Below, piece by piece: positions 43,784 to 53,410 of a DNA stretch of 64,000 nt. The stretch lies in contig JALHFY010000002.1 of the NCBI GenBank assembly GCA_022837635.1, positions 69,055 to 133,054 of the forward strand, written 5' to 3'. Source of the stretch: Candidatus Shapirobacteria bacterium (lineage in GTDB: Bacteria; Patescibacteriota; Microgenomatia; UBA12405). How positions within the stretch are numbered: position 1 is the stretch's first letter; each line of letters opens with the position of its first letter. Under the pieces are notes generated by a model. The model was not told where the DNA came from and made no database searches. It was given only the letters and a program-made list of their open reading frames with translations. A program made the translations under genes and the position numbers.

Positions 43784-46732
43784 ATGGAAGGGCAATTTAA
43801 TGGAGCAATGATAATTGGAGATAATTTTGTGGCCCAAAAATTGCGGGAGAGGTTGCAGCAGGATGAAATCAGAGTCTGGTGGGACAACGAAGAAATGGTG
43901 GAAAATGCGGCTTATATTTTTGATTTTGAAGGGAAGGAGTTGGTGTGGGAGAGTTTGAACAAGAAACAGAAATTAGTGCTGGTATTGGTAGATGATTTTT
44001 CAAAATTACCTGAGATTAGGGGAAAATTACAGAAAAGTGAGTTAAATTGGCGAATATTGTTGGCGGAAAATGTTTATGGAGAGGGAATGAGTGAAGAGGG
44101 TTTTATCGGGGAAGCCTTGGCATTGGCAGCGAGAAATAAAAACTTAATTTTGCCTGATTTAGGGAGAAATTTTTCCTTGGTTGCAGCAGGTGATGTGGTG
44201 GAAGCGGCTTTACGGGCTTGTTTTGTGTCGGGAACTCAGGGAAAAATTTTGAAAATATCGGGAAAAGAAACTGATTCTTTGGTGGTAGCCAAGGTACTTT
44301 TTGATGAGGCTAAAATGACCAAAGAGGAGGTAATTCAAGATCAGGAAATAGTGGTGTCGAAGCTGGTGGAACTGGATTTGGAGGGAGTGGAGGAAGCGGA
44401 AAGTTGGTTAAGATGGCAACCAAGTATAGAGTTTAGGGAGGGGGTAAAAGGAGTAATTCAAGAATTTGTGGCGAGAGTGGACGAAGAGAGTCGGAATAAA
44501 AAAAGAGAGAAGGTGAAGAAACCCGCCTCCGCCCCGCCGCTGCGGGGCTACGGCGTGGTAAAACAAAAACGAGAGAGGATGTATGAAGTGGTGACAAATC
44601 CACCCCCATCCCCTCCTTTGAAGAAAGGAGGGGAGAAAGTTGTCTCCATGGACTCGATAAATCCACCCCCATCCCCTCCTTTGAAGAAAGGAGGGGAGAA
44701 AGCTAATTTTGAGGCGGAAGAACCAATGACCTTTGAGAGTTTGAGAAAAAAGTGGGTGGTTAATAAGGATATGCAGATTAAGCAGGAGGCGATGACTAAG
44801 GAGGATGAATCATTGATTGATAAATTTGATTTGTTGAATTTGAAGGAGAAAAATCCACCCCCATCCCCTCCTTTGAAGAAAGGAGGGGAGAGTGATCAAA
44901 AAACTAAAATTGGAAAGAAGCCAACAATAGGTAAATATGTGTGGTGGGGGGTGGGTGGAGTGGCGGTGTTGTTGGCGGGATGGTGGTTGGTGAATGCAGT
45001 GAGTTTACTATTATTACCCAAGAGGATTGTAGCGGCTCAAGAAATGGTGATTAAAGGTGAGTACAATCAGGCTCAGAAGGAAGCTGAAAAATTAAAAAAG
45101 AGAAGTGAAAATTTACGGCAAATATTTTCCGGAGGAGAGGTAGGAGCCTTGTTGAGAGCGGGAGAGGAAGGACTGAGCTTATTGGAACTATCGGCTGATT
45201 TAGCACAAAGTAGTGACCGAATTAGAGAAGGGGTGTTTACGGATAAAAAAATTGATTTAAGAGTAGAAATGGAAAAAGGTCAAAAATATGCCAGGGAGGC
45301 AGTGTCGAGAATGGGTTTATTGCAAGGTAGATTGTCGGGACAATGGGAAAAAATTCCCAAAACTATGAGAGGGAAAATAATTGAATTGAGAGATAAGTTG
45401 GCGGTGGAGAGACGAAAGGCGGAAATATTAGCAGAAGTTTTACCAAGTATGGGACAAGTTTTAGGGATAGATGGTCAGAGACGGGAATATTTAGTGTTGT
45501 TGCAAAATGAAAGTGAATTAAGGCCAGGTGGAGGCTTTATAGGCTCCTATGCGATTTTAAGTTTTGAAGATGGTAAATTTATTAATTTTGAAGTACAGGA
45601 CGTTTATGAGGCGGATGGGCAGCTTAAAGGCCATGTGGAGCCACCAGAGGAAATAAAAAAACATTTAGGAGAGGCGGGGTGGTTTATGAGAGATGCTAAT
45701 TGGCAAGCTAGTTTTCCAGCGGCGGCCAAAGATGTTGTTTGGTTTTTGGAAAAGGAAACCGGGCGTAAAGTGGATGGGGTGATTGGGATAAATTTAGCGA
45801 TGGTTAAGGCGATATTGAAGGTAAGCGGTGAGTTGTTTGTGCCCGATTTCAAGGAAAAAGTTAATACTGATAATTTATATGAAAAAGCGGAATATTACTC
45901 GGAAAATAACTTTTTTCCGGGTTCGGTACAGAAGGCCAGTTTTTTGGGAGGAGTGAGCAAGCAATTGATGGAAGAGATTAAAAACATGAAAGTGGAAAAA
46001 GGAGAGGCACTATTATCGGCAATATTGGAAGTGTTGGAAAAAAATGAGATGCAAATAGCTCTAAATGAAGCGCAATCGGCAGCAGTGATGCTAAATTTAG
46101 GTTGGGATGGATCGATTTATGATGGTAAGTGTAGTAGTGACAGATGTTTGGCTGATTATCTTTATTTAGTAGAGGCGAATTTTGGGGTAAACAAGGCCAA
46201 TTATTTTATAAACCGAAGGATAAACCGAAGCGTGGAAATATTGCCAAATGAAGTTAAAAACAATTTAAGAATTAGTTATGAAAATACGGCTAAAAGTAAT
46301 TCTTTTCCGGGAGGAGATTATAAGAATTATTTAAGAGTATATATGCCAAAAGAAGCTCAATTAACGGAGGTGGCAGTGACTGAAGAAGGAAAAGGGAGGC
46401 GGGTGGTTGGAGGTACAGATTTGGTAATCAAGGAAATTTTAGGTAAAAAGGAAGTAGGTTTTTTGGTGACGACAGAGGTAAGTAAAAAGGCGGAAGTTGA
46501 GGTGAAATATAAGCAAACTATTAATTTGGCTCAAGGAGATAAGTTTTCTTATTTAAGTTATTGGCAAAAACAAAGTGGTTATGGGAGAACGGGTGTAAAA
46601 ATGACAGTGAATGTACCTGCGGGTTGGGTGGTGAGTGGAGTGGAACCAGCGGCGGAGGTGTGGAATAATCAGATTATATTTGAAGGAGAATTGGAAAAAG
46701 ATTTGAGAATGGGGGTGGAGATATCTCAATGA
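43784..46732 (+). CDS. Large DUF4012-type surface/envelope protein with in-frame GC-rich repeats
   Basis: Central TM (WWGVGGVAVLLAGWWLV); C-terminal DUF4012-like region (LRPGGGFIGSYAILSFEDGKF...); three NPPPSPPLKKGGE units. Confidence 0.5.
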   Translation: MEGQFNGAMIIGDNFVAQKLRERLQQDEIRVWWDNEEMVENAAYIFDFEGKELVWESLNKKQKLVLVLVDDFSKLPEIRGKLQKSELNWRILLAENVYGEGMSEEGFIGEALALAARNKNLILPDLGRNFSLVAAGDVVEAALRACFVSGTQGKILKISGKETDSLVVAKVLFDEAKMTKEEVIQDQEIVVSKLVELDLEGVEEAESWLRWQPSIEFREGVKGVIQEFVARVDEESRNKKREKVKKPASAPPLRGYGVVKQKRERMYEVVTNPPPSPPLKKGGEKVVSMDSINPPPSPPLKKGGEKANFEAEEPMTFESLRKKWVVNKDMQIKQEAMTKEDESLIDKFDLLNLKEKNPPPSPPLKKGGESDQKTKIGKKPTIGKYVWWGVGGVAVLLAGWWLVNAVSLLLLPKRIVAAQEMVIKGEYNQAQKEAEKLKKRSENLRQIFSGGEVGALLRAGEEGLSLLELSADLAQSSDRIREGVFTDKKIDLRVEMEKGQKYAREAVSRMGLLQGRLSGQWEKIPKTMRGKIIELRDKLAVERRKAEILAEVLPSMGQVLGIDGQRREYLVLLQNESELRPGGGFIGSYAILSFEDGKFINFEVQDVYEADGQLKGHVEPPEEIKKHLGEAGWFMRDANWQASFPAAAKDVVWFLEKETGRKVDGVIGINLAMVKAILKVSGELFVPDFKEKVNTDNLYEKAEYYSENNFFPGSVQKASFLGGVSKQLMEEIKNMKVEKGEALLSAILEVLEKNEMQIALNEAQSAAVMLNLGWDGSIYDGKCSSDRCLADYLYLVEANFGVNKANYFINRRINRSVEILPNEVKNNLRISYENTAKSNSFPGGDYKNYLRVYMPKEAQLTEVAVTEEGKGRRVVGGTDLVIKEILGKKEVGFLVTTEVSKKAEVEVKYKQTINLAQGDKFSYLSYWQKQSGYGRTGVKMTVNVPAGWVVSGVEPAAEVWNNQIIFEGELEKDLRMGVEISQ
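44517..44558. repeat. Repeat family B copy (intragenic)
   Basis: gaaacccgcctccgccccgccgctgcggggctacggcgtgg. Confidence 0.75.
44597..44637. repeat. Repeat family A copy (intragenic)
   Basis: aatccacccccatcccctcctttgaagaaaggaggggagaa. Confidence 0.8.
44659..44700. repeat. Repeat family A copy (intragenic)
   Basis: Identical unit. Confidence 0.8.
44852..44892. repeat. Repeat family A copy (intragenic)
   Basis: Identical unit. Confidence 0.8.
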
Positions 46733-46738
46733 TCAGAC

Positions 46739-46806
46739 TCATGTTGTTTTTGCCGTGCTCACGCGCTGGCGGCTTCGCCTGGCATGATTGCGCGCGGAAA
46801 AACAAC
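46739..46806. repeat. GC-rich imperfect palindrome (MITE-like) downstream of the DUF4012 gene
   Basis: atgttgtttttgccg...cgcggaaaaacaacat terminal inverted repeats; 11-bp perfect arms. Confidence 0.7.
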
Positions 46807-46838
46807 ATTTCGTCTGATTATTGTGTAGAGTTGTGTAG

Positions 46839-47240
46839 ATGAAAAATTTTAAGAGGGTGAAGGAAGATTTTGTGTGCGAGAAGTGTGGTTGGGTGGTGCA
46901 AGGTGATGGTTATACGGATCACTGCCCCAAATGTTTGTGGGGTAAGCATGTAGATAAAAATATACCAGGAGATAGGCAATCTGACTGTCGGGCTTTGATG
47001 GAAGCAGTAGAGACCGAATATAAAAAAGGTGTTTTTCGGATTCATTATAAGTGTCAAGGTTGTGATCATGAATTCTGGGTAAGGGAAGGAGAAGAGGATG
47101 ATAGAGAAAAATTAATGGAGTTAAGTGGTATAATCAGAAACGATGTGGGAGAAAATAAAAAAACTGATTTTGCCCAAAAAACAGGTAAAAAAACAAGTAA
47201 AAAAGCAAGAAGAAAAAATTCCTCAAGAGATTTTAGATAA
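46839..47240 (+). CDS. Cys-rich zinc-ribbon protein
   Basis: CEKC...CPKC and CQGC pairs; 3' end may be shorter because it overlaps the alternative ftsH start. Confidence 0.4.
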   Translation: MKNFKRVKEDFVCEKCGWVVQGDGYTDHCPKCLWGKHVDKNIPGDRQSDCRALMEAVETEYKKGVFRIHYKCQGCDHEFWVREGEEDDREKLMELSGIIRNDVGENKKTDFAQKTGKKTSKKARRKNSSRDFR

Positions 47241-47283
47241 ATTGCCGCCGGGGGTAAAAATAAAGAAAATTGAAATCGGACCA

Positions 47284-49071
47284 ATGTCAGTGGTACGGAG
47301 CTTGTTTTACTTATTGTTGGTTTACATGTTGATTTCTGGTTTATTGTCTTTTTTGGTGGGTGATTCGATTAAAAAAGTGCCTTTGTCGGAGTTAGTAAAA
47401 GAAGTAAAAGAAGATAGAGTTGAAGAAATAACAGTGATGGATAATGAGATTTTGGCTAAGGTTAGGGGTGAAGAAAAAACTTTAGTGTCTTCTAAGGAAA
47501 GTGAAATTTCGATGACAGAGGTATTTCAAAGAGAAGGGGTGGATATCAGTAATTTGAATTTTGAGGTAGAAAATCGAAGTGGGTGGAAGGCAGCGGGGGA
47601 AATTGCGATGACTTTATTGTCAATTGGAATGCCAATTTTGTTTATTATGTGGTTATTTAATCGTCAAGGCGGTGGTGGACAAGGCGGAGGGATTTTTGGT
47701 TTTGGTAAATCGACAGCAAAATTGTTTATTAAGGGTAAACAAAATGTGCGATTTAAGGATGTGGCCGGGGTGGAGGAAGCCAAAAAAGATTTAGAGGAAG
47801 TGGTGGATTTTTTGAAACATCCGGAAAAATATCAAAAAATGGGAGCCAGGGCACCACGAGGAGTGTTGTTAGTGGGACCGGCAGGAGTGGGGAAAACACT
47901 CTTAGCTAAGGCGGTGGCGGGAGAGGCGAATGTACCTTTTTATTCAATGGCGGGCAGTGAATTTATGGAAATGTTGGTGGGGGTAGGAGCATCTAGAGTC
48001 AGAGATTTGTTTGCCACGGCAAAAAGAGCAGGTAAGGCCATAATTTTTATTGATGAGATTGATGCCATTGGTCGGATGAGAGGCGGATTTGATGGTGGGC
48101 ATGGCGAAAGAGAGCAAACTTTGAATCAAATTTTAGTAGAAATGGATGGTTTTGAAACCAATACGGCGGTGGTGGTTTTGGCGGCGACAAATAGAGGTGA
48201 TTTGTTAGATCCGGCGCTGTTGAGGCCGGGACGTTTTGATAGAAGAGTGGTTTTAGAAATGCCTGATTTGGAAGCCAGGGAAAATATTATTAAGATTCAC
48301 GCTCAAGGAAAACCAGTGGACTCTAAGGTAAATTGGAAAACTGTGGCCAAGAGAACAGTGGGTTTTTCGGGAGCGGATATTGAAAATATGCTGAATGAAG
48401 CGGCAATTAAGGCGGCCAGGGAAAATAAGGTTAAAATTGATATGAGTGATATTGAAGAGGCGGCATTGAAGGTAAAATTAGGTTCGGAAAAGAAAAGGAA
48501 TCAGACCGAAGATGATCGAAAAATGACGGCTTATCATGAGGCTGGACACGCCTTGGTGAATTATTATGAAGATTTGGATCCGGTACACAGAGTCTCGATT
48601 GTATCGCGAGGATTGGCGCTGGGTTATACCTTGGTGCCACCAAAAATGGATCGAGTACATGAAACTAAATCAAGACTGGTGAAACAGATGGCGATGGCGA
48701 TGGGTGGTCGAGCGGCGGAGGAATTGGTGTTTGGAGATATTACTACCGGAGCTAGCAGTGATATTAGTCACGTAACTAATATTGCCAGAAAAATGGTGGA
48801 AGAATGGGGGATGTCTGAGTTGGGACCGATTAATTGGGGACCACAAATTGATCCGAGTGATTTTGGCAGAAGTTGGATAGAGCCGGCCAATATATCGCCG
48901 GAGATGCGGGCAAAAATTGATATGGAGGTGAAAAAACTAGTAGAAGGGGCGAAAAAGAGAGCGGTGACTATTTTGAAAACTCATCGGAAAAAATTAGATG
49001 AAGTAGCCGAGGTGTTGGTAGAAAAAGAGAGTTTGGATAGTGAGGAGTTTGAAGAGTTGATGAAAAAGTAA
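47284..49071 (+). CDS. ftsH: ATP-dependent zinc metalloprotease FtsH
   Basis: Walker A GPAGVGKT; Walker B IIFIDEID; SRH; HEAGHAL zinc site. Start chosen so TM1 is near the N-terminus; the alternative ATG at 47143 adds a K-rich extension. Confidence 0.9.
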   Translation: MSVVRSLFYLLLVYMLISGLLSFLVGDSIKKVPLSELVKEVKEDRVEEITVMDNEILAKVRGEEKTLVSSKESEISMTEVFQREGVDISNLNFEVENRSGWKAAGEIAMTLLSIGMPILFIMWLFNRQGGGGQGGGIFGFGKSTAKLFIKGKQNVRFKDVAGVEEAKKDLEEVVDFLKHPEKYQKMGARAPRGVLLVGPAGVGKTLLAKAVAGEANVPFYSMAGSEFMEMLVGVGASRVRDLFATAKRAGKAIIFIDEIDAIGRMRGGFDGGHGEREQTLNQILVEMDGFETNTAVVVLAATNRGDLLDPALLRPGRFDRRVVLEMPDLEARENIIKIHAQGKPVDSKVNWKTVAKRTVGFSGADIENMLNEAAIKAARENKVKIDMSDIEEAALKVKLGSEKKRNQTEDDRKMTAYHEAGHALVNYYEDLDPVHRVSIVSRGLALGYTLVPPKMDRVHETKSRLVKQMAMAMGGRAAEELVFGDITTGASSDISHVTNIARKMVEEWGMSELGPINWGPQIDPSDFGRSWIEPANISPEMRAKIDMEVKKLVEGAKKRAVTILKTHRKKLDEVAEVLVEKESLDSEEFEELMKK

Positions 49072-49178
49072 AATCACCCCTAACCCCTCTTTGAAGAAAG
49101 AGGGGAATTTTGTGTATACTATGTAATAATATTTACATTAATTTTCCCCTCCTTTGGTCAAAGGAGGGGATGGAGGGG
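49071..49178. repeat. Two family-A-related hairpin repeats in the ftsH 3' intergenic
   Basis: cccctctttgaagaaagagggg (49085-49106) and cccctcctttggtcaaaggagggg (49147-49170). Confidence 0.75.
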
Positions 49179-49191
49179 TAGATTTTTAAGA

Positions 49192-49605
49192 ATGAAATAT
49201 CAGTGTCCGGTGGAAATTAGAATGAGAAATGGAGCCATCAAATATTTAGAAGAATTAAAGAGATTAGCTAGGAATAATAGAAATAACCCAACTGCAGCAG
49301 AGAAAATGTTTTGGCAGGTATTGAGAAAATATCCATATACATTTTTGAGACAAAAACCTTTAGGTCGATTTATTGCTGATTTTTACTGTTCAAAATTATT
49401 ATTGATAATTGAGATAGATGGAGATTCTCATGATTTGAGAAAATATATGGACAAAGAAAGAGATGAATATTTTCAAATTAGGGGTATAAAAACAATCAGG
49501 ATTACAAATAAGCAGGTGTTAACTGGTGAAGCAGAGGGATTGATGAAAGATATTTTAAGGAGAAGGGAAAAAGAAGCGGAAAAATGGTTAAATACTTTCT
49601 TCTAA
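49192..49605 (+). CDS. DUF559/Vsr-like endonuclease-fold protein
   Basis: IADFYC...IIEIDGDSH motif typical of DUF559. Confidence 0.65.
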   Translation: MKYQCPVEIRMRNGAIKYLEELKRLARNNRNNPTAAEKMFWQVLRKYPYTFLRQKPLGRFIADFYCSKLLLIIEIDGDSHDLRKYMDKERDEYFQIRGIKTIRITNKQVLTGEAEGLMKDILRRREKEAEKWLNTFF

Positions 49606-51237
49606 TTCAATTATTCTCTGTAAGATGGCTAGGGAGCCGAGGTAGACGGGTTCGACGCCGGAGAGGGCTAGAGAGCCGGCGCCTAGGTTTTTGGCTTGGG
49701 AATAAGGCGTGTCTGAAGTGTAATTAATGATACCAATTTCAAAAGGAGCGGAATTGAGATCGACTAGGGTTGATTTGGGAGTTTGACAATCATAACTGGC
49801 TTCGGTAATAGCGGAAAGATAGGGACCACTTTCCATTTCAATAACAGTGAGGTCATTTTCGGAATATTTTCTTAAAAGCGATTCGTTTTCTAGAAAAGTA
49901 CCTAGAACCGTGACTGATTTTTGGTTGGTAAGAATAGAGCCTTGGCGATTGTTAAAAGGAAAAAAAGTATTGAAAACATTTTTGAAAATATAGGAATTTT
50001 GAGAGTGTTCATCAAAAACCAGGCGGGGAATTTGGATATCACCAATTTCGGAATTGAGAACAGCGGCTTTACCGAGGATGTAGACACCAGCGAGGTGGTT
50101 GACGTTTTCCAGGATTTTACTAAGGATATGGTAAGCGGCAAAGCCGAGAGGGTAGTCAATATTAAAAATGAGAGATTGGCTTTGAGAAATTTTTTTAGGC
50201 TTATTAATTTTGAGACGTGAATCAAACAGAGAGGAGCGAGTAAAACTATTAATAGGAATAATTTGAGCGTTAACATCCATAAAATGGTTGTTTTTAGGAG
50301 TGAGGATACCGAGGTGTTTTTGGTAGCGGTCAAATTCTTGCAGATAACGAGAGTCTTTGGTAAAAAGGCGGGAGAGATAATAAAGAAAGTCTTGGTGAGA
50401 GAGATAAGGATTGGTAGCTTGATAGTTTTTAGGAGCGTATTGAAGAAGTTGTTTTTCGTATTTAAGAGGGAAACCGGTAACTAAATTTCTGAGAGAATGG
50501 GAGTTGCTACTGACAAAATAAACTTTAGTTTTAGTAAAGTTGTATTTTTTTAGATGTTGTTGGGTGAGACCGGTCCACCATTGTTGGGTACTTTTGGCAT
50601 AATCAACCCAACTACCGGCTAAAAGACGAAGACGGAGATCGCGGGGAGATTTATAGATTCTTTGCAGACGTAGTCGCCAACGACGACCAAGAGCGGTGAT
50701 GATTTTATCCCAATCAGCAGAAGAGAGTTGGGTTAATTTTAGAAGTTCACTAGGGTTGTTGTTTAAGGCAGTTTTGAAATCACTGTATTTAGGGTAGGTG
50801 GAAGTGATGAGATGGTGAAATTTATTCCATTCGATTTGATAGGCGATAGCCAAATTAACCAAGTCATCAACGTCAGTAACGGAACTGATAAAGGCAGCTA
50901 ATTGACCGGTTTTGCGGTTAAAATAGTGACTACGACGGCGGGCTCGAGAGGGGCAACGATGCCAGGAGAGAATGTCAATAAAACCAGCTTTAGTGAAGGT
51001 TTGGGGATCTTGGCCCATGATGATAGTATTGACGTGGTCGATACTTTTAGGAAGACGGAGAAGAGAATAGACAACAGCAGAAGGGTCAACACGAGTGGAA
51101 TCAGTAGCAAAAGGATGTAAAATTGTGCCCATTTTTAGGTAAGAATTGGTGAGGGAATGGACAGTGACTTCGAGGTTAGATTTAAGGGCGGAGCGGTAAG
51201 TGCGGAGGTGGAGGGCAATGGCTTCGATTGAGGGCAT
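49588..51237 (-). CDS. Hypothetical protein with possible C-terminal nucleoside-phosphorylase-like (PNP/MTAN-fold) region
   Basis: C-terminal LGKAAVL..EIGDIQIP..VFDEH...TVLGTF...LTVIEMESGPYLSAI resembles the PNP_UDP_1 pattern; weak, by eye. Confidence 0.3.
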   Translation of the reverse strand: MPSIEAIALHLRTYRSALKSNLEVTVHSLTNSYLKMGTILHPFATDSTRVDPSAVVYSLLRLPKSIDHVNTIIMGQDPQTFTKAGFIDILSWHRCPSRARRRSHYFNRKTGQLAAFISSVTDVDDLVNLAIAYQIEWNKFHHLITSTYPKYSDFKTALNNNPSELLKLTQLSSADWDKIITALGRRWRLRLQRIYKSPRDLRLRLLAGSWVDYAKSTQQWWTGLTQQHLKKYNFTKTKVYFVSSNSHSLRNLVTGFPLKYEKQLLQYAPKNYQATNPYLSHQDFLYYLSRLFTKDSRYLQEFDRYQKHLGILTPKNNHFMDVNAQIIPINSFTRSSLFDSRLKINKPKKISQSQSLIFNIDYPLGFAAYHILSKILENVNHLAGVYILGKAAVLNSEIGDIQIPRLVFDEHSQNSYIFKNVFNTFFPFNNRQGSILTNQKSVTVLGTFLENESLLRKYSENDLTVIEMESGPYLSAITEASYDCQTPKSTLVDLNSAPFEIGIINYTSDTPYSQAKNLGAGSLALSGVEPVYLGSLAILQRIIELEESI

Positions 51238-51250
51238 GGATACATTATAG

Positions 51251-51327
51251 AGAAACTGGATACAAGAAACTAGAAACGAGAAAACAGAAACTAGATATAA
51301 GAAACAAAAAATTAGAAATAAGAATCA
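51251..51327. repeat. 7-bp minisatellite (AGAAACW)x11 in divergent promoter region
   Basis: agaaact ggataca agaaact agaaacg agaaaac agaaact agatata agaaaca aaaaatt agaaata agaatca. Confidence 0.85.
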
Positions 51328-51356
51328 AAAAGAGGGATTTTTGATATAATTGAGGC

Positions 51357-53405
51357 ATGAAAAGTGGTGAGTCTGTTGGAGTTAATCCTGAAAATAAAAG
51401 TAGGGTACCGGCTCTACTGCAACAAAAAGTAGATCAGATGTCTAAGAAAGTGTCTCAATTAATGAGTATGTCTGAGAGAGCAGTAGACAGAGAAAGTGTC
51501 TTCAATGGTATGAAGAGTATTGGGGGATATGGATTTGATAATAATATTGAGAACTTAATGTTGGTAGCCAACGATCCGAATAAAACACAGGATCAGAAAG
51601 AAAAGGCTGCTGAAGCGGAACAAATATTTGCTTTAGGAACAGCCAGAGCTTTAATAAATGGGGGGGTGGATGATAAAAAAGCTATTGGAGTGGGAAGTGT
51701 ATTAAAAATCGAAGAAAGATTACCACAGGAATTAAAAGGGCTTGGAAGAAATGTTAGAGATGCGATAATAGATGAACCTAAAATTACCGATATAGTTGAT
51801 TCCTTGGATGTGGTGCGGAAGAGAACATTAAAAGGTGGTGAATCCGGGCAAACAGTGTTGAGAAATCAAATAAAGGATGCACATGAAAAACTAATTTTGT
51901 TAAAGGTTGATAACACCAAAGAAGATCAGTTGGGAATGGTAATAGAATGGTTGGGGGATGAGATTGGTGAAGTAGACACTGAAAGAGGTGAACTAAAAGA
52001 ACTAATAACAAGTTTAATAAATCAAAAAGAACAAGGTATGCCTGCAGGTGAAGGGCTGAGTTTAGAGGAAAAGAAGCAAGAGCAATTAGCTTACGTAAGA
52101 GGAATTTTAGAAAAAATAGAAAGCTCAGAAAAAACAACTAGAGATATATATTTGGGACAATTTGCGGTTCAACTTGAAGAAGAGATCAGGTCTTTAGAGA
52201 CTCATCCCGAGGTAGCAGTAGAAGTCAGGTCTCGTTTAAAGCTCCATGATTGTTATGTGTTAATGAGAAAGGCAAGTGGATATATAGAACCACCTAAGAG
52301 CGGAGGAGATCCTGAATGTCCTACTGTAGGTGCAGCAGCTAACTTAGCAGCTGGATTGAACCATGCGTTAGACAGTGAGACAGTGGGTTTTTTCTTAAAA
52401 GGAGATTCTAATGGTATTCCTGTAGCTCAAGCATGGGATTTATATCAAAAAGTAAATATAGAATATTTTTCAATACTTAATGAAATGGGAATACCAACAA
52501 ACACCGAGGATTTAAAAGTTCTAGTGGATAACGATAGAGATTTGGGTACCATAGAGGCGAATTACTTGAGTGATGGAAGTTTATCAAGGAAACGGAAAGT
52601 AGATGAGTATATTATCAATAAGTTAACAGTTGAGGTTGGTTGTAATAAAGTAGATGCGAGCAAAGCATGGTCATTGGCTAAAAAATTGTCATTAGCAACA
52701 GGAGAAGATTCTGTGTTTAATGAATCTTTGGAGGGCAACGACGAAATGGCAGAAGATATGTATTTAAGAATTTATCGAGGTAAGCGTGATAAGGCAGGTC
52801 GACCACGTGGACCCCAAATAAATTTACCGCACATTATTGGTATTGGCAATTCCTTTTTAAGAAGATTATCGGGAGTACCTCTTTATGACAGAAATAACCC
52901 TCCGTATTTATTGAGTAAGGATGTGGTAGTAGAACCTGACCCAGAAAAAAAATTAGGGATCGAGGAAGGAAGTTATGTGTATCATTTTGGAGTATGGTGG
53001 TCTGGCAAAATTCATCCTTTAAGAAATTTATTATTGGATAGGCAACCTGATCCAAAGAAAATTACTAATATTGATTTTATGCAAACAGCCCAAGATTTTT
53101 TTGACAAAGCGGACCCAGATGGCAGTAAGTATTTAAGGTATTGGTGGGTGATGGGTGTTCTAGATATGGCTACGTCGGTTGGTGAATTAGGTTGGACACA
53201 GGCTGATATTTCTCGGTTTAGACAGTTTTTAACAGAAGTACCACTGTCTGATAACATGAAGCCTGGTAAATCAAAAACATTTTTAGAAAAAGCACATTGG
53301 GATCATGGAATAAAACAAGGCAGGTTTGTGAATAAAATGTTAATATTAGATCTGAAGAGGATAAGGAGAAATATGGTGTCAGGGGTAACTGGTGGACAAC
53401 AGTAA
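51357..53405 (+). CDS. Hypothetical large soluble protein
   Basis: ORF of 682 aa; no recognisable motif. Confidence 0.35.
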   Translation: MKSGESVGVNPENKSRVPALLQQKVDQMSKKVSQLMSMSERAVDRESVFNGMKSIGGYGFDNNIENLMLVANDPNKTQDQKEKAAEAEQIFALGTARALINGGVDDKKAIGVGSVLKIEERLPQELKGLGRNVRDAIIDEPKITDIVDSLDVVRKRTLKGGESGQTVLRNQIKDAHEKLILLKVDNTKEDQLGMVIEWLGDEIGEVDTERGELKELITSLINQKEQGMPAGEGLSLEEKKQEQLAYVRGILEKIESSEKTTRDIYLGQFAVQLEEEIRSLETHPEVAVEVRSRLKLHDCYVLMRKASGYIEPPKSGGDPECPTVGAAANLAAGLNHALDSETVGFFLKGDSNGIPVAQAWDLYQKVNIEYFSILNEMGIPTNTEDLKVLVDNDRDLGTIEANYLSDGSLSRKRKVDEYIINKLTVEVGCNKVDASKAWSLAKKLSLATGEDSVFNESLEGNDEMAEDMYLRIYRGKRDKAGRPRGPQINLPHIIGIGNSFLRRLSGVPLYDRNNPPYLLSKDVVVEPDPEKKLGIEEGSYVYHFGVWWSGKIHPLRNLLLDRQPDPKKITNIDFMQTAQDFFDKADPDGSKYLRYWWVMGVLDMATSVGELGWTQADISRFRQFLTEVPLSDNMKPGKSKTFLEKAHWDHGIKQGRFVNKMLILDLKRIRRNMVSGVTGGQQ

Positions 53406-53410
53406 AGTTA

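Noticed and set aside
44597-44892. Regularly reiterated 41-bp hairpin units that superficially resemble a CRISPR repeat-spacer array
   Set aside because: The units lie in-frame inside a continuous 982-aa ORF, the spacing is irregular (63 and 193 bp), the units themselves are palindromic, and there are no cas genes in the window. They are better explained as MITE/REP-like insertions.
47143-47283. ATG at 47143 as the ftsH start
   Set aside because: It overlaps the upstream zinc-ribbon ORF and would place TM1 about 50 residues in. The Met at 47284 gives a canonical FtsH N-terminus. Both frames are Lys-rich simply because the DNA is A-rich, so this remains uncertain.
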